DNA of 64,000 nt from Clostridia bacterium (GCA_017848335.1 JAGDAX010000014.1:4560-68559), one strand, 5' to 3'; numbered from the stretch's first letter, positions 9,682-19,376 are shown. The notes: generated by a model from the letters alone, not told the origin. Program-made: numbers and translations.

Positions 9682-10335
9682 GTGAAGATACTTTATGAAG
9701 ACAGAGATATAGTGGTATGCGTGAAGCCTCACGGCCTGTCCTCCGAGGACGGCCCCTCTTCGATGCCCGCGAAGCTGCGCGAATATTTTGCCTCAAAGCA
9801 GGGGAAAGACGCCGCTCAAACGGAGGTATATACCGTGCACAGGCTGGACCGCGACGCCGGCGGCCTTATGGTGTATGCGCTTAACAGGAAGGCCGCCGCG
9901 GCCCTTTCTGCGCAATTCGGGGGCCGCGGGGTCACCAAGGAATACGAAGCGCTGGTCTCAGGCGAGGTGACCCCCGATGCGGCGCGCCTTACCGACTACC
10001 TTTTCAAGGACAGCTCAAAAAACAAGGTGTATGCCGTCAAAAGCCCCCGCAAAGGCGTCAAGGAGGCGGCGCTTTCTTATGTTGTCGCGGACAGGGACAT
10101 TTACGAGGGCGAGCCCTTCACAAGAGTCCGCGTCACCCTCGAAACGGGCAGAACACACCAGATAAGGGTGCAAATGGCTTCGCGCGGCTGGCCTGTACTG
10201 GGTGACCGAAAATACGGCTCCCGCGTCGGCCTTGGCTTCGTGGCTCTCGAATCCGTACGCCTCACGTTCGTTCATCCCGCCAAGGGTGTTGAAATGACCT
10301 TTGAAGAGCCCGCTGCCTTTGAGGGAATTGTCTGA
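9682..10335 (+). CDS. RluA-family pseudouridine synthase
   Basis: GTG start 5 nt after the upstream stop. Catalytic HRLDRDAGG motif, and TGRTHQIRVQ near the C-terminus. The N-terminal 61 codons of listed ORF 9499 overlap the previous gene and look non-coding. Confidence 0.85.
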   Translation: MKILYEDRDIVVCVKPHGLSSEDGPSSMPAKLREYFASKQGKDAAQTEVYTVHRLDRDAGGLMVYALNRKAAAALSAQFGGRGVTKEYEALVSGEVTPDAARLTDYLFKDSSKNKVYAVKSPRKGVKEAALSYVVADRDIYEGEPFTRVRVTLETGRTHQIRVQMASRGWPVLGDRKYGSRVGLGFVALESVRLTFVHPAKGVEMTFEEPAAFEGIV

Positions 10336-10359
10336 CCGATGCCCGACAATGAAAAACAG

Positions 10360-10405
10360 GCCAACGGCCGGGGAATTAAACCCCGTGCCGTTGGCTTATT
10401 TTTTA
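10360..10405 (+). terminator. Rho-independent terminator
   Basis: GCCAACGGCCGGGG / CCCCGTGCCGTTGGC hairpin followed by TTATTTTTT. Confidence 0.75.
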
Positions 10406-10607
10406 CCGGCGCGCAACCGCCGTGAAGCAGACTCGTAACTCAGCGCTAAGAACTCGCCACTCAGCCGCGAAGCGGCCCTCCGGCCACCGCGCAGCATATT
10501 GAGCCCCTCACTAAGCACGCTCGCGCGTGAACCGTTCGTGTCTCAAAATGCAGACGCGGGATCAGATTCGTCGGGCAGCGCGCTCGCCGCTCAGCCGCGA
10601 AGCGCCT

Positions 10608-13136
10608 TTAGCCTTGGCACTCAAACGAAACCGTCCAACTCCCGCCCGTCAGCGCCTTCTCGAGTCCGCCGGCCCTGAGCGTCGCCTTCATGCCGAAGGG
10701 CACCGTCACGGTGATCACGGTCTTGCCGTAGCGCTTCGCCCAGCGCACCGAAAGCCTGCCGAAGGGCGTCTCGACGGAGCCGCGTGCGGACAGGAGCTTC
10801 CCGGGCATGACCGGCGCAATGACGCACTCCGAAAAGCCAGGCTTGACGTTGGTGATGCCCAGAAGGTACTTGTAGAACCATATGTCGCAGGCCGCGTACA
10901 TCGGGTGGTTGTGGGAGTTCATTGACGGGTTCTTCTTGAGCTCGAAGCGCTCCCAGACCGTGGTGGCCTCGTTCTGCAGCATGTAGCCGATGCCCGGGTA
11001 GGCGTCGTCGGTCATCACGCTGTACACGGTGTCCGCGAAGCCGTAGTCCGAAAGCACCTCCAGAATATATCTGGAAGTGAGGTTGCCGCAGCTCAGCTTG
11101 AAGCCGTTTTCGGTGACCAGACGGTTCAGAAGCTCGGCCAGCCCGGCGCGGTGCTTCTCGGGAATAATGCCTAAATATAGCGCAAATGCGATGCTGCCCT
11201 GAGAATTGCCGGCCACGGCGAGAGGCTTTTCGGTGAACCACCTGCGGAGGAAGGCGTCCTTGATGCGGTCGGAGAGCTCCTCGTAGCGCGAAGCCTCCTT
11301 GTAAAGGCGCAGCTCGCGGGCAAAGAATGCCAGCAGGCGGCAGTTGTAATACGAATAGCCTGTGGACATGAGAATGCCCGGGGTGTCCTTGGAGCGCGCG
11401 TCCTCGTCGCTCATGCAGGAGGAAACGGGGCCCGCCCAGTCGCCGTAGTAGGAATAATTCACGATATAGTCCTCGGAGTGCCGGAGAAGGCATTCCTCCC
11501 AGGCCTTGAAGCGCGGGAAGTATTCGCGGAGGGTTGCCTTGTCGCCGCTGCGCATGTAATATTCATAGCCTTCCACAAGGAACGCGCTGCACACCGGGTC
11601 CGCCGGGCGGCTGCCGATAATAAAGGGCGCGGTGCAGGTGAGGGCGCCGTCTTCGCCCTGGGCGTCGGAGATATCCCGCAGTATTTTCGGGAAAATCCGG
11701 TTGATCTCAAAATTGTACGGGAAGGTGCCGAAGCGCACCGTGGCGTCGTTCATCCAGCCCATGCGCTCGTCCCGCTGGGGGCAGTCCGTGAGTATCGAGT
11801 GGACGTTGGCCTTTTCGGTGGCCACGTTGGCGGCGTGGATCGCGTTAAGAACGGGGCTGCCGCAGCTGAAATCGCCCACCTGCTCGACGGCGGTGCAAAG
11901 CACAACTGCCTTGATCGCGTTGTCGGGAATGGGCCCGCCGTAGCCCTTGACGGAGGCGTAGCGGAAGCCGTGGTACGTGTAATCGGGCGACCAGAAGACC
12001 GGCGAAGGGGAGGGCTCCCCTGTGATATACCTGTCCTCGGCAAGCGCGCTCCGCAGCGTGTCCGTAAAGAGCCTGCCGTCCTCCGTGAGCTCCTCCGAGT
12101 GCCTCAGGACGATCTCGCTTCCGGGCTCCAGATAAGAGGGAATTTCAACGGAGAGAACGCCGGCGACGTTGCGGCCGAAATCCAGTATCCACTCGCCGTC
12201 CCCGGCATTCGTCACCTCCACCGGCGAAAGCTTTTCCTGCTTCATCACCGGAGGAATATTCATGAGCTTCATTTCGCCTCCCGGCGCCCCGCAAAGCCGC
12301 ACAGGCCGGCGTCCCATTATCGCGGCGCCCGCGTCGTATACCGTGCCGTCGTAGATCGAGGCCGTCACAGTGTTTGAATAGGTCCACCGCCAGGTCTCGT
12401 CGGTCACGGTGACTTCGCGCGTTCCGTCGGTATACTCGATAACGATCGCCGCAGACAGCATATTTCCGCCCGCGAAGACAGGCCGCGCCACGCCCATTTC
12501 CTTCAGGTAGGGGCTGTCAAAGGCCCGCCAGCCGTCCGCCACCTCGAAGGCCAGCTTCAGCTGCCGGGAATCCTCCGCGCTGTAGTAGACGTCGTCGATA
12601 ACGTAGTAGCACGTCTTTGTGTAGTCCGAGAATGCCGGATCCAGCGCAATGTCCGGATTGGTGCGCCGCCCGTTTACGAAAAGCGTGCAATAGCCAATGC
12701 CGCAGTAGATCGCGAAGGCGGACTTCAGCGCCTTCCGGGTGTCGACCGTGACGGTTTTGAGGAATCTCACCACGCGGCGGGGTTCGTCGTTGGCGGAGGC
12801 GATCCACGGGAAGTCAAAGCCGTCGGTATAGGTGGCAAAGCTCTTCTCGGTCCAGGCGTCGTCGCCGCTTCTCGCGGTCACGTAAAGCTCCGCAAAAAGT
12901 GTCTCAAGGGACGGCAGGGGCCGGCCGCCGTATGCTGCTTCGCAGGCCTTTGAATTGACCGTGCCGGTGTCCCAGAATATCTCGTTCTCCGAGCGCACGA
13001 TCATTCTGTAGCTTCGCTGCGTGTCTCCCGGAACGTCCGAAACGAGCTTCCACCTGAACACGGGCGCCCTGCTGTCCGTCACCGCGGGCAGGTAAAGATC
13101 CTGATGGTCTATCGATAATTGCTTGATGTCTAACAT
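10608..13136 (-). CDS. alpha-L-rhamnosidase, glycoside hydrolase family 78
   Basis: 842 aa. N-terminal rhamnosidase-N-type start (PVFRWKL), central TDCPQRDERMGWMNDA motif, YYGDW, and C-terminal beta-sandwich; all as I recall for GH78. Confidence 0.9.
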   Translation of the reverse strand: MLDIKQLSIDHQDLYLPAVTDSRAPVFRWKLVSDVPGDTQRSYRMIVRSENEIFWDTGTVNSKACEAAYGGRPLPSLETLFAELYVTARSGDDAWTEKSFATYTDGFDFPWIASANDEPRRVVRFLKTVTVDTRKALKSAFAIYCGIGYCTLFVNGRRTNPDIALDPAFSDYTKTCYYVIDDVYYSAEDSRQLKLAFEVADGWRAFDSPYLKEMGVARPVFAGGNMLSAAIVIEYTDGTREVTVTDETWRWTYSNTVTASIYDGTVYDAGAAIMGRRPVRLCGAPGGEMKLMNIPPVMKQEKLSPVEVTNAGDGEWILDFGRNVAGVLSVEIPSYLEPGSEIVLRHSEELTEDGRLFTDTLRSALAEDRYITGEPSPSPVFWSPDYTYHGFRYASVKGYGGPIPDNAIKAVVLCTAVEQVGDFSCGSPVLNAIHAANVATEKANVHSILTDCPQRDERMGWMNDATVRFGTFPYNFEINRIFPKILRDISDAQGEDGALTCTAPFIIGSRPADPVCSAFLVEGYEYYMRSGDKATLREYFPRFKAWEECLLRHSEDYIVNYSYYGDWAGPVSSCMSDEDARSKDTPGILMSTGYSYYNCRLLAFFARELRLYKEASRYEELSDRIKDAFLRRWFTEKPLAVAGNSQGSIAFALYLGIIPEKHRAGLAELLNRLVTENGFKLSCGNLTSRYILEVLSDYGFADTVYSVMTDDAYPGIGYMLQNEATTVWERFELKKNPSMNSHNHPMYAACDIWFYKYLLGITNVKPGFSECVIAPVMPGKLLSARGSVETPFGRLSVRWAKRYGKTVITVTVPFGMKATLRAGGLEKALTGGSWTVSFECQG

Positions 13137-13248
13137 GTTGTCCTCTCAATCTGGTCGTGAAGACCGGTGCGGGGTTTTGTTCGCGAGAATATATCCGCGA
13201 ATGGAATTGCGCGGGTTTGCTTTCCGCCGAAGGCTCAGGCCCCGGGGC

Positions 13249-14430
13249 TCATTCCACCGCAAGCACAAAAAATTTGAGGTACGAGCTCTCCTCCTCGATC
13301 AGAAGCGGAGCGTGGTCAGGCGCCTGCGACCTGATCTCCACCTGCCGGACCCTTCGTCCGCTCTGCTCGGCGGCCTCCTTCAGCATATTCTCGAACTGCG
13401 CGAGGGAAATGAAATGCGAGCACGAGGAAGTCACCAGGAATCCCCCGGGCGCGGTAAGCTTCATCCCGAGAAGGTTGACGTCCCGATAGCCTCTCAGCGC
13501 GTCCTTGACGTCGCTGCGGGACTTGCAGAACGCCGGCGGGTCAAGGATCACCAGGCCGAACCTCCGGCCCTCCTTCTTGAAGTCCCGAAGCACCTGAAAC
13601 ACGTCCCCGGCAATGCCCGTTACAACGTCCGGGAAGCCGTTCAGCGCGGCATTCTCACGCACCTCGGCAATGGCACGCTCCGAAATATCGACAGCAGTCA
13701 CAGTCGCTGCGCCCGCCGCTGCGGCGTTTATCGAGAAGCCCCCTACGTTCGAAAAGCAGTCCAGCACGTCCGCGCCCGCGGCATATTTGCGCACGGCCAG
13801 CCGGTTGTATTTCTGGTCCAGGAAGTATCCCGTTTTCTGGCCCTCGGCCACGTCCACGCGCATCCTGAGCCCGTTCTCGGTGATACACACCAGCGGGTCA
13901 AACTCCCCGTAGACAGGGCCCTTCGAGGGCTTAAGGCCTTCCTTGGCGGACACCGGGGCGTCGTTCCTGAGGTAGATCCCGCGCGGCCTGAAAACGTTCA
14001 CCAGCGCCTTCACGATAATATCGCGCCGCATATCCATGCCCAGCGTGAGAAGCTGCACCGCGAGAATATCCCCGTACCTGTCAGCCACAAGCCCCGGCAG
14101 GTCGTCGCTTTCCCCGAAGACCACCCTGCAGCAGTCCTCAGCGGCAACGCCTGTGCGTTCCCTGAACCTTTTGGCCGCCTCGATCCTCCCCGTGAAGAAC
14201 GCCTCGTCCGGCACCTCCGCCTCGTTTCGGATGAAGATGCGCACCAGAATTTTGGAAAGGTGGTTGATGAACCCTTTCCCGACGAAGCGGCCCTCAGACG
14301 TCAGAACCGTGGCAAGGTCACCGTTTTTGCCTTCGCCCTCGATTCGTGCGGCCTCGTTGGCAAACACCCAGGGATGGCCCCTCAGGAGCCTTTTCTCTTC
14401 GTTTTTCTTGAGGTAAACAACGTATGGCAT
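13249..14430 (-). CDS. class I SAM-dependent rRNA (cytosine-C5) methyltransferase, RlmI-like (PUA + MTase)
   Basis: AAGGAGG RBS before ATG 14430 (MPYVVYLKK...). RLLRGHPWVF PUA-like start, SAM motif DCFSNVGGFS, DPPAF motif. The upstream 206 codons of listed ORF 13249..15048 are Arg/Cys/Pro repeat read-through, not coding. Confidence 0.85.
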   Translation of the reverse strand: MPYVVYLKKNEEKRLLRGHPWVFANEAARIEGEGKNGDLATVLTSEGRFVGKGFINHLSKILVRIFIRNEAEVPDEAFFTGRIEAAKRFRERTGVAAEDCCRVVFGESDDLPGLVADRYGDILAVQLLTLGMDMRRDIIVKALVNVFRPRGIYLRNDAPVSAKEGLKPSKGPVYGEFDPLVCITENGLRMRVDVAEGQKTGYFLDQKYNRLAVRKYAAGADVLDCFSNVGGFSINAAAAGAATVTAVDISERAIAEVRENAALNGFPDVVTGIAGDVFQVLRDFKKEGRRFGLVILDPPAFCKSRSDVKDALRGYRDVNLLGMKLTAPGGFLVTSSCSHFISLAQFENMLKEAAEQSGRRVRQVEIRSQAPDHAPLLIEEESSYLKFFVLAVE

Positions 14431-14548
14431 TGCGCGCCTCCTTAAGCTGCGGCGGTTACCCGGAATACTGCGGCTGTGCCGGTTGCCGCGGCAATGAACA
14501 CTGCGGCTGCTCCGTCTGCCGCGACGATAAAAACTGCGGCTTCTCCGG

Positions 14549-14728
14549 CAACCGGGTCTTCTGTGACAGCCGGGTCTTCTATGGCAGCCGGGTCTTCTGT
14601 GACAGCAGGGTCTTCTGTGGCAGCCGGGTCTTCTGTGGCAACCGGGTCTTCTGTGACAGCCGGGTCTTCTATGGCAGGCGGGTCTTCTGTGACAGCAGGG
14701 TCTTCTGTGGCAGCCGGGTCTTCTCCGG
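14549..14728. repeat. 18-bp tandem repeat x10 (CARCCGGGTCTTCTRTGR)
   Basis: Ten head-to-tail units counted directly. The most regular array in the window. Confidence 0.95.
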
Positions 14729-15047
14729 CACCTGCGCCTTCTCCGAAAGCGGCCGCGCCGGCCTGTTAAAAATCTCTCCGCGCCGATATTATACCACATC
14801 GCCGCGCCGTTTGGTACTGCGAAAAAGAGCAGGTTTTCACGGAGGGTTATACGGAGGTTTTCAAGGAAGCTGTCCGGATTTTTGATATTCACGCGATGCT
14901 TCGCAAAGGGATGACAAAAAAATTGATAAAAAAACGCCCGTTTGCTACAATTCAAACAGGCCGAAAGCTGTTTTAAAGCCTTTTTCAAGCGGCGGCGCGA
15001 CAATGAAATTCCACAGCCGGGGCGGCTGCGCAGAAAGCGGGAACACA

Positions 15048-15536
15048 ATGCGAAATACTACTCTTTGCTACGTTGAGAAGGACGGGCAGTACCTGATGCT
15101 GCACCGTGTCAAAAAGGAGCGCGACGTCAACAGGGACAAATGGATAGGCATTGGCGGGGGCTTCCTGGAGGACGAGTCGCCGGAGGATTGCATTCTGCGG
15201 GAAGCCCTCGAAGAGACGGGGCTTGTGCTTCACGAGCCAAAGCTCAGGGCCGTTGTCACCTTCGTGATCGAGGACGGCGAATGCGAGCAGATGTTCCTGT
15301 TTAAGTGCGACCGTTTCAGCGGCGAGCTCCGCGAATGCGACGAGGGCGTGCTGGAGTTTATCGACAAGGACCGCCTTTTCGAGCTGGACATCTGGGAGGG
15401 CGACCGGTTCTTCCTGCAGAGGATCCGGGATGAAGGCGAATTCTTCACCATGAAGCTTGTGTACGACCGCGAAGGGCGGCTTCTGGAGGCTTCGGAGAAC
15501 GGCAAGCGGTTCCTGGGGCCACGGGACAAAGCCTGA
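15048..15536 (+). CDS. NUDIX hydrolase (MutT / 8-oxo-dGTP diphosphatase-like)
   Basis: Nudix box GGGFLEDESPEDCILREALEETGL. Start chosen at MRNTTLCYV (15048) rather than 15003. Confidence 0.85.
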   Translation: MRNTTLCYVEKDGQYLMLHRVKKERDVNRDKWIGIGGGFLEDESPEDCILREALEETGLVLHEPKLRAVVTFVIEDGECEQMFLFKCDRFSGELRECDEGVLEFIDKDRLFELDIWEGDRFFLQRIRDEGEFFTMKLVYDREGRLLEASENGKRFLGPRDKA

Positions 15537-15599
15537 ATCCGGGGCGCCGGGCACCGGCACTAAATTCGATGACTTGTTGCGCAAATCCCGCTTTTAGGG

Positions 15600-15780
15600 T
15601 AAAATATTATCGGAAAATGTAATCGGCTTAAGGCCTTGCTTGGCGTGAGCTAAAGGGTGAGGCCCGACTCAGAGAACGGGCTCGGAGCTCCGACGCAAAC
15701 GGGCGCGCCTAAAGCCGGGGATAATCAGACCGGTCACAAGCACCGGACGTAAGGGAAGGGCTTCAGGCGCCCTGTTATCA
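15600..15780 (+). promoter_or_regulatory. GC-rich structured 5' leader; possible riboswitch-like element (unclassified)
   Basis: About 260 nt lie between the NUDIX stop and ATG 15800. Hairpin GCCCG-N10-CGGGC (15662-15681). Strings GACGCAAA (15692-15699), CCTAAAG (15708-14) and GCCGGGG (15714-20) are loosely reminiscent of cyclic-dinucleotide riboswitch cores. Not scored. Confidence 0.25.
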
Positions 15781-15799
15781 AGTGAAGGAGGCAAACGTT

Positions 15800-16714
15800 A
15801 TGGCTCTTGATAAGAATGACATTTTAGACAGACTTGAATTCATCTGCGGCAAGTGGCGGGTTGATTTTCTCGTGAATTTCTTCTCGAACGACCTGGCGCA
15901 CATTCCGGCCACCGAGTTTAAGAGCGAGGACGGCAGGGACTTCTCGGCGATCACCTTCGAGTTCACCGAGGACTACAATATGGTCATGCGCGACGAGTCC
16001 TCCGGCAAGGAGGTCCCGGGCACCTGGGAGATCGTCGACAGCTACGGGTTCGATTACCGCTACACGCTGAACGAATTCCTGGAGATTCCGGAGGGTGCGT
16101 TTAAGGAAAACGTCGAGAAGCTTTCCGTGCAGGACGGGTATCTCTGCTTTACGCTGGGCTTCCTGACGATTGCGATGAAGAAGTTCGAGGACGGCACCGT
16201 CACACCGGAGCCGGACATCGGCGACATTGAGCCTTCTCCCGAGGACGAAAAGCTGATGGGGATCGTCGGCGAATACGTGCCCTTCAAGTGCCTGTCAATG
16301 GTGGGTGACGATTTCGGGATGTTCACGAAAGACGAGGTCACTGCAGAGTTCGAGAAGAAGGTCGCGGCGGGCGAGGCTGATCCTTCTGAGATCGGTGAGC
16401 TGCTGGGGCTCTTCAATATGAAGCTCGAAATCACCGAATCCCACAAGGTCAAGCAGTGGCAGGCTCTTCCTGCGGGCGTCACCGAGGAGCAGATTCAGGA
16501 GGCGCTCAAGGCGGGCGAGATCGAGGACTATTGCGACGGCTTCTTCTGCATGCACAGCCAGCCCTGGAAGGCCGTGAACGGCAAGTACTACTACGACACC
16601 GGCGAGACCCGCGAATTGTTCGGCAGACCGCAGTCCTCCTGGGACGAGCTGGCTTTGGACGAGGAGGGCTGCCTCCCGTTTGGTTCGGGCTTAATGCTGC
16701 TGAAGAAGATCTGA
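15800..16714 (+). CDS. hypothetical protein (304 aa, acidic, cytoplasmic)
   Basis: GAAGGAGG RBS 8 nt before ATG 15800. Host-like codon usage. No family recognised. Confidence 0.7.
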   Translation: MALDKNDILDRLEFICGKWRVDFLVNFFSNDLAHIPATEFKSEDGRDFSAITFEFTEDYNMVMRDESSGKEVPGTWEIVDSYGFDYRYTLNEFLEIPEGAFKENVEKLSVQDGYLCFTLGFLTIAMKKFEDGTVTPEPDIGDIEPSPEDEKLMGIVGEYVPFKCLSMVGDDFGMFTKDEVTAEFEKKVAAGEADPSEIGELLGLFNMKLEITESHKVKQWQALPAGVTEEQIQEALKAGEIEDYCDGFFCMHSQPWKAVNGKYYYDTGETRELFGRPQSSWDELALDEEGCLPFGSGLMLLKKI

Positions 16715-16886
16715 GGCACCGGGGCGGAATCTGTCGGCCTGCGTGTCCGGGCTATAATTCCGCGACAATTGATCCGCGATCCGCACGGATAAAAAGTTAT
16801 AAAACAGCGAAAAACAGTCGGGGGTTTTGGCTTCCGGCTGTTTTGACGTATGGTGCGCCGGCCGGGCAAGGCGCGGCCCTGCGCAG

Positions 16887-17065
16887 CGCGACAAAGAATG
16901 AGGCGCAGCGGCACTGTGGCGGCAAAGAGTGAAATGCTGCGGCACTGTGGCACTGTGGAGGCACCGGGGCGCGACAAAGAGTGAGGCACTGCGGCACTGC
17001 GGCGGCAAAGAGTGAGGCGCGGCGGCACTGCGGCACCGTGGCGCGACAAAGAGTGAGGCACTGCG
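16887..17065. repeat. degenerate tandem repeats (GCGACAAAGAGTGAGGC / GGCACTGCGGC units)
   Basis: Read directly downstream of the stop at 16714. Confidence 0.8.
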
Positions 17066-17321
17066 TACAGCGCGGCGCTTCGTTATGGGTCAGAAACTGC
17101 GCCGCTGCCTGAGACTGCCGCCGCTTCCAAAGACTGCGGCCGCAGTGAAAACACGCCTGAAAATCACTCAAAGAAAACTGCCTAAAACGCGTCAATTTCA
17201 AGTATTTTCAAAAATAACCCTTGGCAGATAGGTTAAAATAGGTTATAATAGGTTATGCGGAAATCATGCGGAGATTGAGCGGATTCCGCTGCGGCATGCT
17301 TGCTGCGAAGGAGGTGTAAAA

Positions 17322-19190
17322 GTGGGGGATTTCTTGTCGGATTATTATTGCGCGGACGAACACGATTATTTTGCGGAAAATTATTTCGACAGAGAAGCGG
17401 CATTGCGTGAGTTTGAAAGTCTCCCTAAGGGTTACATTTCCAACAAGGTCATCGGCGGAAAGGTCCGTCACTATTTGCAGTGGAACGACGGAGGGAAAAT
17501 ACGCAGCCGTTATATTAAGGACAGCGAATATGAGGACGTGAAGGCGCAGATCGCACGCCGCAAGGAGCTTGCAGAGAGTCTCAGAAAATACGCCGCTGTT
17601 GTTCAAGAGCCGCAGCCTTTAGAATACGGGAGCGCTCCGGGTGCTCTTACCGGGATGAGGCTTCAGAATATCGCAGCGGGACCGATGAAGCTGAAAACAC
17701 GGGATTGCTTCGCGGACATTGAGAAATATATTTACGGGCCGGTATCGCCGCGCATTATGGTGATTTACGGGCTCAGGAGAACAGGGAAAACAACGCTTCT
17801 TCTGCAGGCTGTCGGACACATGAAGACGGAGGACATGGCGAAGGCTTTTTACATCAAGGCGCGCAAAGGTCAGACGATGGCGGGCCTGTACCGTGATATC
17901 GACCGACTGTACGGCAGCGGTTACAGGTACGGCTTCATTGACGAGATAACCTTCATCGATGATTTCGTTGATACCGCGGGAGTGCTTGCTGATATTTACG
18001 CCGCCATGGGCATGAAGCTTGTAATCTCAGGCACGGATTCGCTGGGCCTCTGGCTTGCGGGGCAGAATGAGCTTTATGACAGGACTTATACCATCCACAC
18101 CACGAGGATTTCCTATGCGGAGCACGCGAAGCTACTGAATACCGAAGACGTGGATGACTATATCCGGTTTGGGGGCACTCTTAGGGCGGGTGAATACGAT
18201 TTCGACGACCCGGAGCTTAGGGACGAGTCGATTTCGTTCCGCGACGACGAGAGCACACGCAGGTACATTGACACCGCGATCTGCATGAACATTCAGCACA
18301 GTCTCAAATGCTACGAGAGCGGCACGCGTTTCCTGCATCTGCAGGAGCTTTACGAGGCCGGGGAGCTCGCGAACGCAATCAACCGCGTTATCGAGGACAT
18401 GAACCACCGATTCGTATTATCGGTCCTGCAGAACGATTTTGTGTCCGCTGACTTTGCCCTTGCCCGAAAGAATCTTCTGCGCGAAAAGAACCCCGCGCTG
18501 AGGACGGATATTCTCGAGAAAGTTGACCTCGCCACGATCACCGCAAGGCTGATGGAGGTCATACACGTCAAGAACAAGCATGACACAGGAGTCGGGCTGA
18601 AGCCTGTTCACGCGGCCGAAATCAGGGACTACCTTTCGGCGCTGGACCTTATCGACAACGTGCCCGTGAGGTACGCTTACGGAGCGGAAGCCGATGCGGA
18701 CGAGGTCATAATTACGCAGCCGGGCATACGGTATTGTCAGGCAGAAGCACTGGTTTGGTCGCTGGGGAAGGACACCCTGTTCGCGGCCCTTTCCGAGACC
18801 GAAAAGGATTACGTCATAGGCAGGATTCTCGAGGAGGTCAAGGGCCGCATGCTTGAAGAAATCGTGCTGGCTGACGTCAGGCGCGCGCTCACAGGCAGGC
18901 GGTATGACGTGTTCAGATACCGTTTCCACGGCGGCGAAATCGATATGGTCATATACGACAGCCTCGCCAACACCTGCCGGCTTTATGAAATCAAACACGC
19001 CGTAAAGCCTGTTATCGAGCAATGCAGACACCTGCTCAATGAGCAGGAATGCGCCCGGATCGAGCTGCTGTTTGGAAAAATAACCGATAAGGCAATAATA
19101 TACCGCGGCGAAAAATGCCGCAACGATCAAGGGATAGAATACCTGAATGCGTCTAATTTTCTGCGCGACGTGGCGGGGGCTGTTGGCTGA
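17322..19190 (+). CDS. AAA+ ATPase fused to a DUF4143-type PD-(D/E)xK nuclease-like domain
   Basis: GAAGGAGGTG RBS, GTG start. Walker A GLRRTGKTT, Walker B GFIDEITF. C-terminal GGEIDMVIY...LYEIKH resembles a D...ExK nuclease motif. Confidence 0.85.
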   Translation: MGDFLSDYYCADEHDYFAENYFDREAALREFESLPKGYISNKVIGGKVRHYLQWNDGGKIRSRYIKDSEYEDVKAQIARRKELAESLRKYAAVVQEPQPLEYGSAPGALTGMRLQNIAAGPMKLKTRDCFADIEKYIYGPVSPRIMVIYGLRRTGKTTLLLQAVGHMKTEDMAKAFYIKARKGQTMAGLYRDIDRLYGSGYRYGFIDEITFIDDFVDTAGVLADIYAAMGMKLVISGTDSLGLWLAGQNELYDRTYTIHTTRISYAEHAKLLNTEDVDDYIRFGGTLRAGEYDFDDPELRDESISFRDDESTRRYIDTAICMNIQHSLKCYESGTRFLHLQELYEAGELANAINRVIEDMNHRFVLSVLQNDFVSADFALARKNLLREKNPALRTDILEKVDLATITARLMEVIHVKNKHDTGVGLKPVHAAEIRDYLSALDLIDNVPVRYAYGAEADADEVIITQPGIRYCQAEALVWSLGKDTLFAALSETEKDYVIGRILEEVKGRMLEEIVLADVRRALTGRRYDVFRYRFHGGEIDMVIYDSLANTCRLYEIKHAVKPVIEQCRHLLNEQECARIELLFGKITDKAIIYRGEKCRNDQGIEYLNASNFLRDVAGAVG

Positions 19191-19338
19191 GCTTATCAAA
19201 GCATATGGAGTTTCACGGCCGGCTGGATATCGCTGCCGGTTTGTCCTCACGGCCTGCGGGTTTCGCGGCGAATGGGATCTTGCGCCACATTGGCTTTCAC
19301 GGCATGCTGCCAGGCTGCACAGAAGGCAAAACAAAAGC

Positions 19339-19376
19339 AAAAACAGCCGGAAGCCCTAAAGCCTCCGGCTGTTTTT
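19339..19376. terminator. bidirectional Rho-independent terminator
   Basis: AACAGCCGGA / TCCGGCTGTT 10-bp stem, flanked by an A-run and a T-run. Lies between convergent genes ending at 19190 (+) and 19509 (-). Confidence 0.75.

Noticed and set aside
14424-14885. ORFs made of the 18-bp array: GSSVTAGSSMAAGSS... (14476-14769, +), and the Arg/Cys/Pro N-terminal extension of 13249-15048 (-).
   Set aside because: They exist only because the repeat unit is a multiple of 3. There is no RBS and no flanking non-repeat coding sequence. The true methyltransferase start, with AAGGAGG, is at 14430.
15640-15760. TPP riboswitch in the leader of the 15800 gene (GGGTGAGG...CTCAGAGA...GGGGATAATCAGACCGG...GTAAGGGAAG).
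   Set aside because: The diagnostic CUGAGA and ACCUGAUCUGGAUAAUGCCAGCG elements are not actually present (CTCAGAGA and ATAATCAGACCGG are only superficially similar). The downstream gene has no thiamine link. It is kept only as an unclassified structured leader.
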